The notes beneath the pieces are model-generated. The model searched no databases. It saw only the letters and a program-made list of their open reading frames with translations, and was not told the DNA's origin. 64,000 nt of DNA from Anthoceros angustus (taxonomy: Eukaryota; Plantae; Anthocerotophyta). Shown here piece by piece: positions 61,550 through 64,000 of the stretch; position 1 is the first letter of the stretch, and each line of letters starts with the position of its first letter. The DNA lies in NCBI GenBank assembly GCA_010909165.1, contig VJWM01000239.1:197901-261900 (forward strand), read 5' to 3'. The position numbers and the translations under genes are program-made.

Positions 61550-63950
61550 AACCACTTCCAAGAATGACTGTAGCACTAGCCCAATGTTATTCTCCACAAT
61601 GATAGCAATCTCCTTCCGGTCCACCCAAAGGCTTCCCACCACTTGTACTCTTCAGCATCCTTATGGGCGCAAATCTTTTAACCCTTCACGCAAATGGGCC
61701 ACACCTTCCATCGGTGATAGGATACTGCCGTTCCTTCTTGTCCCCCTAGCTTCACCCGCATGCACCGTAGGATGGTGCTAAGGGAGGCGCGCCGGCCGGC
61801 CCTCCCCATGCCACTGCTCATGGGCGCGGCGTGGCGCCCTCTAACACCACCGCCCATGGCGCGGCCGGCGCCCTCCCCTAACACACCACGCCCATGGGCG
61901 CGGCCGGCCAGCGCCCCCCCCTAACACCCGCCCATGGCGCGGCCCGGCGCCCCCCTAACACCACGCCCATGGGCCCGTGGCGGCGTCCTCCCCTAACACA
62001 CCACCCATGGGCGCCCGCGGCGCCTCCTAGCACACCACGCCCATGGGCGCCCTCCCCTAGCACACCACGCCCATGGGCCCGGTGGCTCTCCCCAGCACAC
62101 CACCCATGGGCGCCGGCCGGCCCTCCCCTAACACCACGCCCATGGGCGCCGGCCCGGCGCCCTCTAACACACCACCACCCATGGGCGTGGCCCGGCCGGA
62201 ATAAACTCCTCATGTCTTCAGAAAATATATATTTAGCGCCTCAAGTTGCAACTTGGGATTGTTGGTCAAGTGTTTGGGAAATAAGTTTAGTAATGAATAG
62301 GTTTTGAATAGATGCTAGATCTTGTGTGGCGGTCGACACCGGTATTTGGGCCCAAGAATGGTACTATTGAAGGCGAGCAAGCAATGGAGAGCGACAACCG
62401 AGGCGGAGGATATGGACCGCCTCGAATATGGCGGTGGTACTTGACTCGATTTGGCGCAAGGCATGGATGAGTCGTCGGGCCGCACTCTTGAATGACTATT
62501 GTCGATCTTGATGACCACTTCTTCCTTTAGCGATTGTTTGTTGCAATGTTCTCACGACCATTGAAATAAGACTCCCGCTAGTACAAGATTGTTTTCATTG
62601 TGTTCCACCACTTGAAAGTAAAAGTTTTCGGTTGTAATAAACATATGAAAATGGCGACCCTCTATGCATTCTACAAAAGCGCAGACGGGCCCACACCCTT
62701 GTGCTCCAGTTCTCGGGTGTAGACTTGAAAGTCGTCTTTTATCACGATATGACCTCGGAAAGGGTGTGTGCATTATCAAAGTAGGGCACATATCTTTATT
62801 CTAGGAAAGGTGTTCTTCGTGACAAGGGGGTGCTGTCTCGGCCGAAGGGGGTCAGTATATCCCCCCCTTCAAAAATTATCGTGTTTTGGGGTCCGTTGCG
62901 TCCCGCTCCTCTTGGGGCTCTTCTCCTTCGCTGCCGTCGTCTCTAAACAGGGCCCCTAGGGTCCCTGTCATCCGTGCCCTTCTTCCCCTCAGGAGCCTTC
63001 CGAGGGCCCGTCTGTTTGCGTGAGGAGGCCTCTACACAGGGGGCTGTGGTAATAGGCAAAGTCCGAATCCACTTGCCGGATTGCCTCTTCCACGTCTTGC
63101 CGGGCACCGATACTCCCGCCATAGGTGCTCGGGAGCGGGCACATTGCCGGCTTGTTGCTCCACCTCCCGCCAGTTTGATAAGGCGGGCCTTGCTTCATGG
63201 TGCCAGTGCCTCGGTCACCTCCGCCGTGTTGTTGCTCCACTTGCTCCAACTCCCTCGCTTTCGTTCATTGCCGCCATACCGCCATTGATGGCTTCAAACT
63301 TCCCTTTGGACGGCTTCTTGTCGCTTCCGGCCCTCGCCTCTTTGTCCATTACATTGCTCCGCCATCTCCGCTCAGACGGTCGGGCAACATTGCGGTGCGG
63401 GCTTCGAGCCCTTCTCCATCTCGGCGGCGTCACGCTCCTGTTCCATCGCGTCTTGACTCCGTCCAGCAGGGAGCCGCTCTATTTCGGTCGCGTTCGCGAC
63501 CATGTCCTAGAACTACCATTCCTCTCAATGATAGTTTGGGCTGCGGCTCAAAGTCTCCTTCAGGTCCTCCATCTCACCGCTGCTGCTCCACCTCCGGGAG
63601 TCAGGAGATCCTCCATCTCCTTGTCATGAACTTCTTGGCTTCATGGTCGCGCTTGCTCCACCTCCTGCTCCATCTTGAGGCGGGCGCTCTATCTCCTTTC
63701 GAAGTGAGATTGAGAATTCCTTGCCTGCCAGCGTGCCTCTCGAGTTTGCCTCATCCTTATTTATAGGGCGGCTTACATCATTTCTAAAATAAGCGCCTAG
63801 CAAAGGCTCAAAGTAGAATACCTTTCTTTATAAGCTCTAAGCTGCCTCACTACCACTAACCACGTAATTTACTAAACTAGATCCAGGGGTGCCTTTCGTA
63901 TGGCCTGAAAAGTTTGGGCAACCAAAGAGCCAAGACGAACAAGTTTGATT
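61550..63950 (-). mobile_element. Degenerate Ty3/gypsy-like gag region
   Basis: Broken frames with FKWWNTMK (gag-like) and a zinc-knuckle remnant GDCYHCGE*HWAS near 61580-61615. Confidence 0.45.
61786..62200 (+). repeat. GC-rich minisatellite, ~11 x ~36 bp
   Basis: Unit approx. CCATGGGCGCGGCCGGCGCCCTCCCCTAACACACCACGC; CATGG recurs 11 times. Confidence 0.9.
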
Positions 63951-64000
63951 TTTTTGGCTAGGAACGATTGAAGAGGAGCATGGGGAAATTTTCCGAGAAT

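Overview
This is gene-dense nuclear DNA from a compact, short-intron, seed-free land plant. A hornwort is most likely, inferred from the DRH-type DYW PPR. Positions 1-47 kb hold about 14 spliced or intronless genes: dynein light chain LC8 (tandemly duplicated), PIG-F, a CCDC137-like protein, FAHD1, a DUF220/START-like protein, LPEAT2-type acyltransferase with EF-hands, two tandem sulfate transporters, an E+ PPR, a Moco-sulfurase-like PLP protein, a PDF-motif/PLS-PPR/DRH-type deaminase fusion, LEA_3, an aromatic amino acid decarboxylase with the aldehyde-synthase Phe, and a NAL1-like protease. Positions 48-64 kb are mostly decayed retroelements (RLE/CRE-like non-LTR and Ty3/gypsy-like), plus an RLF-like cytochrome b5 gene and tRNA-Ser(AGA). 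The top candidate novelty is an OSB-type single-stranded nucleic-acid-binding PDF motif fused to a putative U-to-C editing PPR. A 3.6-kb mosaic at 10.15-13.75 kb is stitched from neighbouring sequence at 7-11 bp microhomologies and is probably a consensus/assembly artefact. All calls are from reading the sequence; no database searches were run.
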